Source: Candidatus Kaiserbacteria bacterium
GTDB lineage: Bacteria; Patescibacteriota; Minisyncoccia; Phycocordibacterales; UBA918
Assembly (NCBI GenBank): GCA_016699245.1
Contig: CP064968.1
Span: forward strand, 835,042 to 899,041
DNA length: 64,000 nt
Reading direction: 5' to 3'
In this document: one piece after another, positions 1 to 10,066 of the stretch
Position numbering within the stretch: the first letter of the stretch is position 1
Layout: the number at the start of each line of letters is the position of its first letter
Notes under the pieces: model-generated
Databases searched by the model: none
Seen by the model: the letters and a program-made list of their open reading frames with translations, nothing else
What the model was told of the DNA's origin: nothing
Position numbers and translations under genes: made by a program

Positions 1-274
1 CTCGTACGACATCACAAGTCCGACGTTTGTGATTATGAAGTCATATCCGATTCCTGCACATTCTTTTTTTAAAACACTCGTGCACATTGATGCATATCGC
101 ATTGAATCCGATGATGAAATGCGCGTTCTCGGGCTCGCGGAGATTTTGAGCGAGCCGACTAACCTCGTGTGTATCGAGTGGCCCGAGAAAATACAAGCAC
201 TCATTCCTAAAGACGCACACACTATCAACATTAGTCTCGTGGGTACTACCCGCACCATTACGTATGGCAACTAA
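1..274 (+). CDS. tsaE: tRNA threonylcarbamoyladenosine biosynthesis ATPase TsaE (YjeE), C-terminal fragment; 5' end lies outside the window
   Basis: C-terminal TsaE motifs (HIDAYRI...EILSEP...CIEWPEKI) in the frame running in from the window edge; overlaps the polA start by 11 nt. Confidence 0.6.
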   Translation, partial: SYDITSPTFVIMKSYPIPAHSFFKTLVHIDAYRIESDDEMRVLGLAEILSEPTNLVCIEWPEKIQALIPKDAHTINISLVGTTRTITYGN

Positions 275-2651
275 AAAGAAAAATACAGAAGATGTAGAGA
301 CACTCGTGCTTCTCGACGCGCACGCGATTCTTCATCGTGCATACCATGCGCTTCCAGATTTTACTTCTCCAAAGGGCGAACCCACTGGGGCGCTCTATGG
401 AGTGGTGAGTATGCTCCTCAAGATAGTGGAGGAGCTGAAACCCGACTACATAGTCGCGTGCTTTGACCTCCCTGAGCCCACCTATCGCCATGAGGTATAC
501 AAAGAATATAAAGCCGGACGTGCTAAAACAGAAGACGCACTCGTGGAGCAAATTATTCGCTCACGCGATATTTTTACCGCTTTTCACATACCCATGTATG
601 AACTCGCAGGCTTTGAGGCTGACGATATGCTTGGCACCATCGTTGAGCAGACAAAAAATAATGCGAACCTCCGTGTCATTATCGCCTCGGGAGATATGGA
701 TACCCTGCAACTCGTCGATAAAAAGAAAGTACTCGTGTATACCCTCAAGAAGGGAATCAACGATACCGTACTTTACGACGAAGATGGTGTGAAAGGACGT
801 TTCCAATTTGGCCCACTCCAAGTGCCCGACTACAAAGGTCTTCGTGGCGACCCTTCCGACAATATTCCGGGTATCAAAGGCATTGGTGAAAAAACTGCTA
901 CTGAACTCCTCATTCATTTTAAGACGGTTGAAGGAATATATAAGGCACTTAAAAAAGACGAAGGACTTCTTAAAAACGTGGGAATTAAAGAGCGTATGAT
1001 TACGTTGCTTCGCGAAAATGAGGAGGAGGCTCTCTTTTCAAAAATGCTTGCAACAATTCGCCGTGATGCACCGATACACTTCACACTCCCCGAGCACACG
1101 TGGCGTGACCGTCTTGAAGCGGAGCCAGTGCTTACGCTCTTTGCAGAGCTTGGTTTCCGAACACTCGCGACACGTGTGCAGGCGCTTTTCAATATGCCCA
1201 TCACCATGGAAGTATCAGTTCCAGAGGATGTCCCTTCTCTACGTATTCACGAAGTCTCGCTTGCGCTCTGGTTACTTTCTTCCGATACCACTAATCCCAC
1301 CTATGATGACATTATGCAGTATGGACGAGTGCATGACCTCACTACATTTACCGAAATCGAAGCGCATATTTTTGCATCGCTTAAAACAGAAAACCTTGAA
1401 AAGGTCTACCGTGAAATTGAACTCCCGCTTATGCCGGTGTTGCGCGACATGGAACGTATCGGTATTCGTATTGACGGAGCACATCTCGCGACACTCTCAA
1501 AAAAAATTCATGCTGAGATTGAAATTTTAGAAAAAAAGATGTACGCGCATGTGGGGATGGAATTTAACATAAATTCACCGAAGCAACTCGGTGAGATTCT
1601 CTACGACCACCTCGGGCTTAAGCCAAAGAATCAAAGGCACACTGCCACCGGACAGCGCTCGACGCGCGAGTCTGAACTCGAAAAGATGCAGGGAATGCAC
1701 CCTATTATCGAAGAGATTTTGCGCTATCGCGAAATTCAGAAATTAGTCTCGACATACATTGATACTATTCCCTCTATGGTAGGGGAGGACGGACGCCTCC
1801 ACACCACATTTCTGCAGGCGGGTACCACCACAGGGCGCATGTCTTCACAGAATCCCAATATTCAAAACATTCCCGTACGTACAGAAGAGGGACGACAAAT
1901 TAGGAAAGCGTTTATGGCCGACACAGGGTACACCCTCGTTTCTATCGACTATTCGCAAGTGGAATTGCGCATCGCAGCATTTCTTTCGGGTGATGCTAAA
2001 CTCATTGAGATTTTTAAAAACGGTGAGGACGTGCACCAAGGGGTAGCAGCGCGTGTTTTTAATGTGGAACTTAGAGAGGTAACACCCGACATGCGACGCC
2101 AAGCAAAGGTGATTAACTTCGGTATTCTCTATGGTATGGGAGTGAATGCTCTTCGAGCAAATTTAGGAAATGACACGACACGCGCAGCAGCACAAGAATT
2201 TTTCAATGCCTACTTCAATACCTTCACCCGTCTTGCAGAATATCTCGAAGAAACAAAAGCCTTCGCCCGTGCAAACGGCTACACACTTACGTATTTTGGC
2301 CGCCGCAGACATTTCCCCGGAATGAACTCGAGTGCGCCATTTATACGTGCGCAGGCAGAGCGTATGGCTATTAATGCCCCGGTGCAGGGAACCTCGGCTG
2401 ATATTATTCGTATTGCGATGGTGCAGATTCATGACTATCTCACAAAGGAAAAACTCACTGGCTCAGTACATATGATGCTTCAGGTACATGATGAACTTGT
2501 ATTTGAAATTAAGGAAGCCATAGTACAGATGGTGGTGCCGAAACTGAAAAGTATTATGGAAGGAGTGCTTCCACTTAGTGAGACAAAAGAGGTTCCTATT
2601 CAGGCCGAAGTGAAAGTGGGGAAGAGTTGGGACGGTATGGTAAAACTATAA
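264..2651 (+). CDS. polA: DNA polymerase I (5'-3' exonuclease plus polymerase domains)
   Basis: 795 aa. N-terminal FEN-like 5' nuclease (GIKGIGEKTA). Pol A family motifs DYSQVELRIAAFLSGD, RRQAKVINFGILYGMG and QVHDELVFE. Confidence 0.95.
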   Translation: MATKKKNTEDVETLVLLDAHAILHRAYHALPDFTSPKGEPTGALYGVVSMLLKIVEELKPDYIVACFDLPEPTYRHEVYKEYKAGRAKTEDALVEQIIRSRDIFTAFHIPMYELAGFEADDMLGTIVEQTKNNANLRVIIASGDMDTLQLVDKKKVLVYTLKKGINDTVLYDEDGVKGRFQFGPLQVPDYKGLRGDPSDNIPGIKGIGEKTATELLIHFKTVEGIYKALKKDEGLLKNVGIKERMITLLRENEEEALFSKMLATIRRDAPIHFTLPEHTWRDRLEAEPVLTLFAELGFRTLATRVQALFNMPITMEVSVPEDVPSLRIHEVSLALWLLSSDTTNPTYDDIMQYGRVHDLTTFTEIEAHIFASLKTENLEKVYREIELPLMPVLRDMERIGIRIDGAHLATLSKKIHAEIEILEKKMYAHVGMEFNINSPKQLGEILYDHLGLKPKNQRHTATGQRSTRESELEKMQGMHPIIEEILRYREIQKLVSTYIDTIPSMVGEDGRLHTTFLQAGTTTGRMSSQNPNIQNIPVRTEEGRQIRKAFMADTGYTLVSIDYSQVELRIAAFLSGDAKLIEIFKNGEDVHQGVAARVFNVELREVTPDMRRQAKVINFGILYGMGVNALRANLGNDTTRAAAQEFFNAYFNTFTRLAEYLEETKAFARANGYTLTYFGRRRHFPGMNSSAPFIRAQAERMAINAPVQGTSADIIRIAMVQIHDYLTKEKLTGSVHMMLQVHDELVFEIKEAIVQMVVPKLKSIMEGVLPLSETKEVPIQAEVKVGKSWDGMVKL

Positions 2652-3355
2652 ACATGCTCTACGTTTTTTTTGGAACCGATACTGAGGCAGTACGTACACG
2701 AGCGCGGGAGACAGTGGCTTCGCTTGGTGACACTGTGGGAGATCGCACACTCCGTATTTCCCCCGATACCTACGTGCCTGGTATGCTTGCTGATATTGCC
2801 GGAAGTGTCTCGCTCTTTGGAGATCCACAAGTTGTGGTGCTCGACATGTTTTCTGAAAATCAGGATGCGCTCACAGACGTGTGCGCACTTTTCCCCATAC
2901 TTGCTGCTTCCCTACATACGTTTGTACTTATTGAGGGCGTACTTCCTGTAGCGATACAAAAAGAGTGCAAAGCACATGCAAACGTTTTTGAAGAGATAAA
3001 AAAAGAGGCCGAGAAACTCGATGTGTTTGCACTTTGTGACGCGCTTATAGCACGCGATAAAAAACGCCTGTGGCTCCTCTTTATTTCACTCACACGCGAA
3101 GGGGTACGTGTGGAAGAAATCATTGGCATCCTTCTGTGGCAACTTAAGTTACTTCGCCTCGCGGAACGCACAGGAAGCTCGGAGGAAGCAGGGCAAAAAT
3201 CATATCCATATCAAAAAGCAAAACGCGCGCTCAGCGCTTTTAAAAAAGGAGAAGTGGACACATTTTCGCGCGCGCTCCTTATCATCTACCACGAAGGTCA
3301 TGCCGGAAAGCGCGACACCACACTCGCTCTTGAAGCGTGGATATTGGGTATTTAA
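2627..3355 (+). CDS. DNA polymerase III delta subunit-like protein (probable start at internal Met near 2654)
   Basis: Directly downstream of polA. C-terminal region resembles the HolA winged-helix domain (FALCDALIARDKKRLWLLFISL). Weak, composition-level similarity only. Confidence 0.4.
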   Translation: MGRYGKTINMLYVFFGTDTEAVRTRARETVASLGDTVGDRTLRISPDTYVPGMLADIAGSVSLFGDPQVVVLDMFSENQDALTDVCALFPILAASLHTFVLIEGVLPVAIQKECKAHANVFEEIKKEAEKLDVFALCDALIARDKKRLWLLFISLTREGVRVEEIIGILLWQLKLLRLAERTGSSEEAGQKSYPYQKAKRALSAFKKGEVDTFSRALLIIYHEGHAGKRDTTLALEAWILGI

Positions 3356-3364
3356 AAAGAAATC

Positions 3365-4819
3365 TTAATAGCTGCTTATTCCAGTAAACTCTCCAAAACG
3401 ATAGAGAATCTTCTTTTTCATTTCTGTATCACGGTACGTCTCATAGTCTGTGGTGTATGTGCGCCCATTTTCATTGCTCCACTCCATCTCAAAAAATGAT
3501 TCTATCTCTGAAAAAAGTGGCTCAGGAGTCGTGCCACGCACGAGTACATCAGCTTCAAGATTAAAGTTGTCTATGTTGCGGCGAGTGAGATTGGCTGAGC
3601 CCTGTACTACGACACGCGCATCGCCTTTTTTGAATATGAGTAGTTTTGTGTGACATTGCTCACCATGAGTGTCGCACCAGCGAATACTCGTATTTCCCTT
3701 TGAGTGCAAGAGAAGTTCATGGGCCACTTGCCTGTTAGGCACACCACCCTTTTGACGTCCAAAGGCATCTTTGTTGGGGTCGAGGATGAGGCGAATATGC
3801 ACTCCCCGCGCATCAGCCTCTTTGAGTGCGTCTATAATGTCGCGGTCAGAAAAGTAGAACATAGCCATATCAAATGAGTCTCCTGCGTTTAGTTCTTTCA
3901 ACTCATAGAGAATCGCCACTTTAATACTTTTTTCAGTTAAAAGTTGCGCCCCAAGATTTGCGTTTGATACTTCAGAATCGGTAATAGATGTTGGCGGGGT
4001 AAAAGTATGTCCAGAAAAAATAACAACAGCTTTTTCACTTTCTATTACATCACGCCACATTCCTCTATCAACGCGGAGTGCGGTGTTGGTATGGGCACTC
4101 GAGCCGTCGTGAGGATTTGCGGAGGTGAGGAGTACATTCATGCCCCGAGAGCCATCTGGGCGGAGGTAATCTGTCGCAATTACTTTGCGATGATTTGCTT
4201 TGAAATTGAGCATGGTGAGATATGCATGAATGCCAACATCCTCTTTACGTGCATCAAGGAGGTTGGGGAGAACGTCGCCCACAACGCCGAAGGGTATCCA
4301 CCACAAAATACTTCTCCAGAGTGCACTGTAGAGGGGGTTGCTGTCGCGGAGTGTAGTGAGTTTTGTTTCAGTGACGATGATACCTGCATCTTTGAGAGTT
4401 TGTAATTGTTTCGAATCATACTCCCCGTAGAGTGAATTGAGTGGGTCGGTTATGACTTGGATGACGGTGTTGGGGTCTTCGCTTTTTTTAGCAACAAGCG
4501 TGTCAATGAGTTCTCCTGAAAGTCCGCGATAGGAAGAGGTGGCGGTGCCAAGAAAATCATTAAAAAGAAACATATCAATGAGCACGTACGAGTCTGCATC
4601 CCGCACCATACGAAATATTTCATCAAATATTTCTTGTTCAGAATGACGTGTGCCCGCAGCGTCCACATAGGTGGTGTCGGTGAAGAAGTGTACGTCTTCT
4701 CTCGTAACAGGATATTCGGTACCGCGCATGTTGACGTTGTGGGGAAGGGGTTTGTAGACGTTATAGAATCCTATAACGCACACGAGGACACAAAGACCGA
4801 GTATGATTTTCTTTCGCAT
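3365..4819 (-). CDS. Phospholipase D / cardiolipin synthase family protein, membrane anchored
   Basis: Two HKD motifs (NHRKVIATDY...; HTKLLIFKKGDARVVVQGSANLTRRN) and an N-terminal transmembrane helix. Confidence 0.8.
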   Translation of the reverse strand: MRKKIILGLCVLVCVIGFYNVYKPLPHNVNMRGTEYPVTREDVHFFTDTTYVDAAGTRHSEQEIFDEIFRMVRDADSYVLIDMFLFNDFLGTATSSYRGLSGELIDTLVAKKSEDPNTVIQVITDPLNSLYGEYDSKQLQTLKDAGIIVTETKLTTLRDSNPLYSALWRSILWWIPFGVVGDVLPNLLDARKEDVGIHAYLTMLNFKANHRKVIATDYLRPDGSRGMNVLLTSANPHDGSSAHTNTALRVDRGMWRDVIESEKAVVIFSGHTFTPPTSITDSEVSNANLGAQLLTEKSIKVAILYELKELNAGDSFDMAMFYFSDRDIIDALKEADARGVHIRLILDPNKDAFGRQKGGVPNRQVAHELLLHSKGNTSIRWCDTHGEQCHTKLLIFKKGDARVVVQGSANLTRRNIDNFNLEADVLVRGTTPEPLFSEIESFFEMEWSNENGRTYTTDYETYRDTEMKKKILYRFGEFTGISSY

Positions 4820-4892
4820 ACACTATTGTACCAGTATTGGTTGGGGTGTTTTGGTTTGTAATTGGTCGTCATAAGTCTCTAAGTATTTTTTT

Positions 4893-4995
4893 TCATTGCG
4901 CATCACCAGGGAATCGGTCATTACATGACCAGTAAATCTTACAGATTCCGTTTAGGTTGTAGGAAATTTTGACAAATTTCGACAACCTTCAAAAA
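4893..4995 (-). repeat. Degenerate tRNA T-arm/acceptor-like fragment plus one copy of the nested-hairpin repeat family (other copies at 30527-30620 and 31713-31835)
   Basis: 'caccagggaatcggtcattacatg' resembles the tRNA-Arg/Lys 3' region. It is followed by 'aatcttacagattccgtttaggttgtagg...tcgacaacctt', shared with the 31.7 kb and 30.5 kb copies. Confidence 0.5.
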
Positions 4996-5304
4996 CGAAT
5001 CGTTTTTGCCTTGTGGGTATTTTGCTTCGTTATCACTCGCAAAATCCCTCGCAAGGTCTTCGATCCCTGGCCGCGAGCAAAACAAATTGCTCGCTTGGGC
5101 GGACTAATTTAAAAAACCACACGTGACTTCTGTTAAAGGGATTCTGTGTCTTCACAGATTACTAACTATAATTATTCACTTCGTTCTAATTCTAGTAAGT
5201 ATCTGCGAACCCGCCTCGCGGTTTTTCTTTTTTGAAAAAGAAAAACATCGCTGCGGCTCGGACAACTAAAAAACAGTGCGCAGGCACTGTTTTTCTTTAC
5301 GTTG

Positions 5305-5377
5305 TCCGCCCACCAGGGATCGAACCTGGGACCTTCTCCTTAAAAGGGAGCTGCTCTACCGGCTGAGCTATGGGCGG
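5305..5377 (-). tRNA. tRNA-Lys (anticodon TTT)
   Basis: Hand-folded cloverleaf. Acceptor CCGCCCA/TGGGCGG (C1:G72), D-stem GCTC/GAGC, anticodon loop CTTTTAA, T-arm CCAGG-TTCGATC-CCTGG, discriminator A. No encoded CCA. Confidence 0.75.
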
Positions 5378-5563
5378 AAAAGTGTGGGACACTTTTCCGG
5401 ACCTTTAGTGGAATTTTCGACCAAAGGGAGAAAATACCCTAAAGGTGTACAGCGCCTGTGTGGCGTTCTTGCGAACGATAAGGCGGATGGTTCTTACGGC
5501 TACTGAAATGAAAACGCGCATTTCTGCGCACAAAAACTATACCACAATCAGGAACCTTGTCTA

Positions 5564-5962
5564 TTAGATAGGCAGATCAAAAGCAAAGAGACCGGCGCCG
5601 GTAATGAGGAGGGAGAGCGAAATAAAAAAGAGTAAAACATAGGTAAGTCGAGAAGGGATGAGTGGATGGGTAAAACGTTTGTGCATCATAATAAACTTCA
5701 GTGAAAGTACCATACTGAGTATGGCTGCTAATTGAGTGAGAAAGCCCACCAAAAATAGTGTTCCTATAATTATTTCCACTATACCGAGATACCACGCAAA
5801 GAAAAGTCCATACGGGAAAATGCCAGAGGATAAGGTGTCTTTGAGTGCATGGCGGTTCCGAATATGAATAATCCCGAGACGTATGAGTATAAAACCTACA
5901 CTGACACGCAAAAGAAGGTAGGCAAACGGTGCGAGAAATTGAATAGGAAAGAGATTGAGCAT
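5564..5962 (-). CDS. DoxX-family membrane protein
   Basis: 132 aa, four predicted transmembrane segments, DoxX-like N-terminus (LLRVSVGFILIRLG). Confidence 0.55.
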   Translation of the reverse strand: MLNLFPIQFLAPFAYLLLRVSVGFILIRLGIIHIRNRHALKDTLSSGIFPYGLFFAWYLGIVEIIIGTLFLVGFLTQLAAILSMVLSLKFIMMHKRFTHPLIPSRLTYVLLFFISLSLLITGAGLFAFDLPI

Positions 5963-5992
5963 GTGTACATTTAGTGTATCATTCTTCTATCT

Positions 5993-6466
5993 ATGTCTAC
6001 GTTTGTTATTCTTCACAATATACGAAGCGCCCATAATGTGGGATCGGTCTTTCGAAGTGCAGATGGAGCAGGGGTGTCTAAAATATTTCTCACGGGGTAC
6101 ACACCTGCTCCCGTCGATCGCTTTGGCAGGGAGCGCGAAGAGATTTTGAAAACTTCTCTTGGTGCTACCCACACCGTGCCGTACGAAGTTGTTTCTGATA
6201 TCCAAACACTCATTACTCAGCTTGGGGAAGAAGGGGTGACACTTGTAGCGGTAGAGCAAACTTCGCATGCGATTCCCTATACCTCCTATGCTCCACAAGG
6301 AGATATCGCATATATTTTTGGGAATGAAATAACTGGCGTGGAACCCGAAGTACTTGCATATGCACCCGTACATATTCAGATTCCTATGAGTGGTTTGAAG
6401 GAATCGCTTAATGTCTCGGTGTGTGCTGGGGTAATTCTTTTTCATGTACGAGATATACGTGCATGA
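5993..6466 (+). CDS. SpoU/TrmH-family (SPOUT) RNA 2'-O-methyltransferase
   Basis: 157 aa. SPOUT motifs NVGSVFRSADGAGV, AYIFGNEITG and IPMSGLKESLNVSVCAGVILF. Confidence 0.8.
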   Translation: MSTFVILHNIRSAHNVGSVFRSADGAGVSKIFLTGYTPAPVDRFGREREEILKTSLGATHTVPYEVVSDIQTLITQLGEEGVTLVAVEQTSHAIPYTSYAPQGDIAYIFGNEITGVEPEVLAYAPVHIQIPMSGLKESLNVSVCAGVILFHVRDIRA

Positions 6467-7558
6467 GTGATTGCGTACCGCAACGCTAGGTGTACGATAA
6501 GAGAAAGTATTTATTCACTAGCACTATGTTGTATGGATTTTCTCAATAAGTTTAATCTCACGAATGCTCAAATTTTAAAATTTGCTGGACTTGCTCTACT
6601 TGGGTTTATTGGTCTCACTATTTTTATAAATGTGTTTTCAAACGGGCTTGGTATGAGCGGAAATACAATAAGTATGCCGCAGGGTACACCGTATGCTTCA
6701 CCTGATATGTATTATGGAGAGGCAAAACAGTCCAATCTTTCCATACGCAATGTTACGGGAGGAATGGAGCCTCAAGTGGAGGACAGTTACACATCTGGAG
6801 ATGATGGTGAAGCATATGAGGTAAAGGAATATGGCGCCACCATAGAAACGAGAAATCATGAAATAGAGTGCGCGGCAGTACATGCACTCAAAGCACGTAC
6901 TGATGTCATTTTCCAGAATGCAAATGAGTACGATAGGGGATGTTCCTACGTCTTCAAGGTGAAAAAAGAAAGTGTTGAGGAAATTCTCGGTATCGTGAAA
7001 GAACTTAATCCAAAGGAACTCACTGAAGCAAGTTATACGATACAGAAGGAAGTTGAAGACTACACGAGTGAAATTCAAATACTTCAAAACAAACTCGCAT
7101 CACTCGATAAGACGCTTGCCGATGCAATTCTTTCATATGAAAACATCACTGCGCTTGCGACGAATGCGGGAAACGTCGATAGTTTGGCAAAGATTATTGA
7201 AAGCAAACTCACCATCATTGAACGTCTTACCTCAGCACGTATTGAAACGAGTAACTCTCTCGAGCGCATGAATCGCTCGAAGGCAGAAGCACTCGATAGA
7301 CTCTTGTACACGTATTTCACGGTTTCAGTATATGAAAACAAGTTTGTCGACGGGGAAGAAATAACAAACTCATGGAAGGTTGCCGTACAACAATTTGTAC
7401 GCGATACAAACAATGCGGTGCAGGACATCAGTATTGGACTCGTGTACTTCATGCTCATGATTGTGAAGATAGGACTCTACTTTGTCATAGGACTCTTCGC
7501 AGTCCGCTTTGCATGGATGTTCGCTAAGCGCATCTGGAAAAGTGGAGAGGGGGCGTAG
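6467..7558 (+). CDS. Hypothetical membrane protein with central coiled-coil (start probably at an internal Met)
   Basis: N-terminal and C-terminal transmembrane segments around a long heptad-like region. No recognisable catalytic motif. Confidence 0.5.
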   Translation: MIAYRNARCTIRESIYSLALCCMDFLNKFNLTNAQILKFAGLALLGFIGLTIFINVFSNGLGMSGNTISMPQGTPYASPDMYYGEAKQSNLSIRNVTGGMEPQVEDSYTSGDDGEAYEVKEYGATIETRNHEIECAAVHALKARTDVIFQNANEYDRGCSYVFKVKKESVEEILGIVKELNPKELTEASYTIQKEVEDYTSEIQILQNKLASLDKTLADAILSYENITALATNAGNVDSLAKIIESKLTIIERLTSARIETSNSLERMNRSKAEALDRLLYTYFTVSVYENKFVDGEEITNSWKVAVQQFVRDTNNAVQDISIGLVYFMLMIVKIGLYFVIGLFAVRFAWMFAKRIWKSGEGA

Positions 7559-7578
7559 TACGGAAACCCTGAATAAAG

Positions 7579-7614
7579 AAAAGTCCCGCACGCCTTTGGC
7601 GTGCGGGACTTTTC
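7579..7614. terminator. Bidirectional rho-independent terminator between convergent genes
   Basis: aaaagtcccgcacgcctttggcgtgcgggacttttc: perfect GC-rich hairpin flanked by A and T runs. Confidence 0.75.
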
Positions 7615-7624
7615 TTATGGACTC

Positions 7625-8908
7625 CTATTCTTTTCCAAAAAGTGTATCCATCTCCTGTTGTACTACTTTCGCGTCACTCCAAGGTGTCTTGGTGTTGTGG
7701 GGGCCCATGATATAGGGGTCAGTGCCTTTCCCTGAGATAATCACCACACTCCCATCCGGCGCTTCCTCAAGTGCGGTATGAATCGCGGTCCGTCTATCCA
7801 TGATAATTTTGAGTTTTGATTCATCTTCAATACCCCGTACCATTTCATCAATAATTTTATTTGGGTCCTCATCATAAGGGTCCTCATTCGTAAGAATCAC
7901 ACGGTCACAATATTTCCCCGCAATACGACCCATTTCGGGACGTTTCCAAGTATCACGTCCGCCACCAGTGTTGCCGAGAATACAAATCTTCGTTTCTTTT
8001 TCGAACGCTTGATAGAGTTTCTCAAGTGAGTCGGGAGTGTGTGCATAGTCCACAACAGCAGTTATTTTACGCGACGCACCCTTGGGTGATTTAAATCTTT
8101 CTACGCGGCCTTTAATGGGTGCAAGTTTTGCAAGCGCCGCATGTATTGTTTTTATGGGTACCCCGAGCGCGCGGGTACAGGTGATAGCCGCGAGGGTGTT
8201 ATACACATTAAAAAGTCCAATGAGTGGCACCCGCAGTGTGGTGCCTTGCATTATAAGGCTAATATCATCCTTGTTGAGGGTGTGGAGTTCGGTATCAGAA
8301 AGTCCGTAGGGAAGAGAGTGTTCCACTTTTGCTTCAAGGAACCGCGCCCCTTGATCGTCATCCCTGTTTGCAATTATGTATCGCGGACGTTTTTGTGATT
8401 CTTCAAGTGCATGTGCTATTTCAAGTTTTGCAGCAATATACTTTTCGTATGAGCCATGTGACTCAATGTGTTCGGGAGAAATATTGGTAAAGACGAGTGC
8501 ATCGAGGTGAATGAACTTGTGTCGATACTGGAGGACTCCTTGTGAGGTCATCTCCACAATCGCAATATCACACCCCGCATTCACCGCGTCACGAAGAAAT
8601 CGGTGAATAAAGAAGCGTCCCGGCATGGTCATCTTATACATATTGCGCTCGCTCTTTTCTCCTATCTTAAACCGAATCGTGCCTGCTATCGCAGTACGTC
8701 TTCCATCGGCTTCAAAAATAGCATTGAGGAGCTCCACTACCGTGGACTTTCCCTTAGTGCCCGTCACCCCCACTACGGTAATTTCTTTTGAAGGGAAGCG
8801 GTAATATGCAGCGCCAATAAGTGCAAGGGCGTAGTGATAGAGTGGCTGCAAGAGTCTGAAAAGGTGTGTGGGAATAAGGCGCTTTATGTAATAGAGAAAT
8901 GTATCCAT
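7625..8908 (-). CDS. murE: UDP-N-acetylmuramoyl-tripeptide synthetase (MurE-like Mur ligase)
   Basis: P-loop VVGVTGTKGKST and the MurE-specific DYAHTPDSLEK motif. N-terminal domain is reduced. Confidence 0.7.
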   Translation of the reverse strand: MDTFLYYIKRLIPTHLFRLLQPLYHYALALIGAAYYRFPSKEITVVGVTGTKGKSTVVELLNAIFEADGRRTAIAGTIRFKIGEKSERNMYKMTMPGRFFIHRFLRDAVNAGCDIAIVEMTSQGVLQYRHKFIHLDALVFTNISPEHIESHGSYEKYIAAKLEIAHALEESQKRPRYIIANRDDDQGARFLEAKVEHSLPYGLSDTELHTLNKDDISLIMQGTTLRVPLIGLFNVYNTLAAITCTRALGVPIKTIHAALAKLAPIKGRVERFKSPKGASRKITAVVDYAHTPDSLEKLYQAFEKETKICILGNTGGGRDTWKRPEMGRIAGKYCDRVILTNEDPYDEDPNKIIDEMVRGIEDESKLKIIMDRRTAIHTALEEAPDGSVVIISGKGTDPYIMGPHNTKTPWSDAKVVQQEMDTLFGKE

Positions 8909-8961
8909 AGGTAATAATTTATATGCTCAGTATACCCATTTTGCTCTGGGTATCAAAAAGG

Positions 8962-9528
8962 CTATGCACTAATGGTTTTGAGAGCGTACTTTATACGCAT
9001 GTTGGTGTCGGTGATGTCGGTAGGGATTTTTTGGACTGCAGTGAGTGCGTCACGCTGCGAGTAGCCAAGTGTCATGAGTGCGTCGAGAATGTCAGAATCT
9101 TGCTGATTGCCCCGTGTCTCGCCACCAAAGATTTCATCACCAAAAACGTCGGTGAGCCCCATCACAATTTTCTCCGCACTTTTCTTTCCAATGCCCGACA
9201 TCTTTGAAAGATAGACAGGGTCGTTGGTCTGCACGGCTTTTTTAATCGTCGTGATATCTGCTTGCGAGAGAATTTGTATAGCGGTCTTGGGGCCTATTTT
9301 AGGAAGCTTAATAAGGTGCTCAAACATCGAAAGAGCGTCAGGAGCGGTAAAGCCATAGAGGTCTTGAGCATTTTCACGCACTGCAAGATGTGTATGAAGC
9401 GTTGCCTGTGTCCCGAGTGCAAAGCCACTGCTACTTGTTACTGACACACGATACCCAACCCCGCCTACCATAATCACAATATGTAATGGTTGTACTTCTA
9501 TTATCTCCCCCACAAGTCGTGCAATCAT
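8962..9528 (-). CDS. ruvA: Holliday junction DNA helicase subunit RuvA
   Basis: MIARLVGEIIEVQP...VGGVGYRV...GIGKKSAEKIV is collinear with RuvA domains I-III. Start placed at the ATG at 9526-9528 with an upstream AGGGAGG. The longer ORF-track extension to 10017 overlaps tRNA-Gly and is rejected. Confidence 0.85.
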   Translation of the reverse strand: MIARLVGEIIEVQPLHIVIMVGGVGYRVSVTSSSGFALGTQATLHTHLAVRENAQDLYGFTAPDALSMFEHLIKLPKIGPKTAIQILSQADITTIKKAVQTNDPVYLSKMSGIGKKSAEKIVMGLTDVFGDEIFGGETRGNQQDSDILDALMTLGYSQRDALTAVQKIPTDITDTNMRIKYALKTISA

Positions 9529-9598
9529 AATATGTATAGTATTGCATACCTCCCTCCCATTGCCAAAACCCCCTCCATACAGTATAGTAGCGCCCAAT

Positions 9599-9868
9599 AT
9601 GGCTATCACACGTAACGCAAAGAAAGCACACCGCGCAGCGCAAAATAAGCGCGTGTTTAACATCCGTACAAAGACTATCGTCCACGACGTCGTCAAAGAC
9701 TTCCGTACCAATGTAACCAAAGGAGCAGTAACAGAAGCAGAAGCATTACTCCCAAGCGTATTCAAAGCAATAGACAAAGCAGCAAAGCGTGGCGTCATCA
9801 AAGACAACACTGCAAGCAGGAAGAAGTCACGTCTTGTTGCGTCACTCAGGAAGGTAGTAGTGAAGTAG
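9599..9868 (+). CDS. rpsT: 30S ribosomal protein S20 (bS20)
   Basis: MAITRNAKKAHRAAQNKRVFNIRTKT... is a typical bS20 N-terminus; about 89 aa. Start placed at the internal Met of ORF 9542..9868. Confidence 0.85.
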   Translation: MAITRNAKKAHRAAQNKRVFNIRTKTIVHDVVKDFRTNVTKGAVTEAEALLPSVFKAIDKAAKRGVIKDNTASRKKSRLVASLRKVVVK

Positions 9869-9945
9869 ATATAATTCAAACCCCCGCGGCAAAGCCGCGG
9901 GGGTTTTGCGTATTCTTTTACCTGCGCTACTATAGTATTGCCTAT

Positions 9946-10016
9946 GCGGGTATCGTTCAGTGGCAGGATGATTGCTTCCCAAGCAATAAACGGGAGTTCG
10001 ATTCTCCCTACCCGCA
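9946..10016 (+). tRNA. tRNA-Gly (anticodon CCC)
   Basis: Acceptor GCGGGTA/TACCCGC, anticodon stem ATTGC/GCAAT, loop TTCCCAA, T-arm GGGAG-TTCGATT-CTCCC, discriminator A. Confidence 0.8.
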
Positions 10017-10066
10017 CTTATTCTTCAAAGCAAGCATCAGACGCGTGAGAAAGTGCAGTGCACTTT

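Noticed and set aside
4861-5300. Intron-containing or split tRNA gene in the 440-nt gap between the PLD-family gene and tRNA-Lys
   Set aside because: T-arm-like and acceptor-like pieces (caccagggaatcg; tcttcgatccctggccgcgagc) are present. They cannot be assembled into a cloverleaf with matching acceptor strands on either strand. Treated as decayed att/repeat DNA.
5276-5506. 76-aa plus-strand ORF
   Set aside because: It lies entirely antisense to tRNA-Lys and its terminator. Artefact.
8962-10017. 351-aa minus-strand ORF annotated as a long RuvA
   Set aside because: Only the C-terminal 188 aa are RuvA-like, with an ATG at 9526-9528 and an SD. The N-terminal extension has no similarity and runs across the rpsT 5' region and the tRNA-Gly gene, so it is an open-frame artefact.
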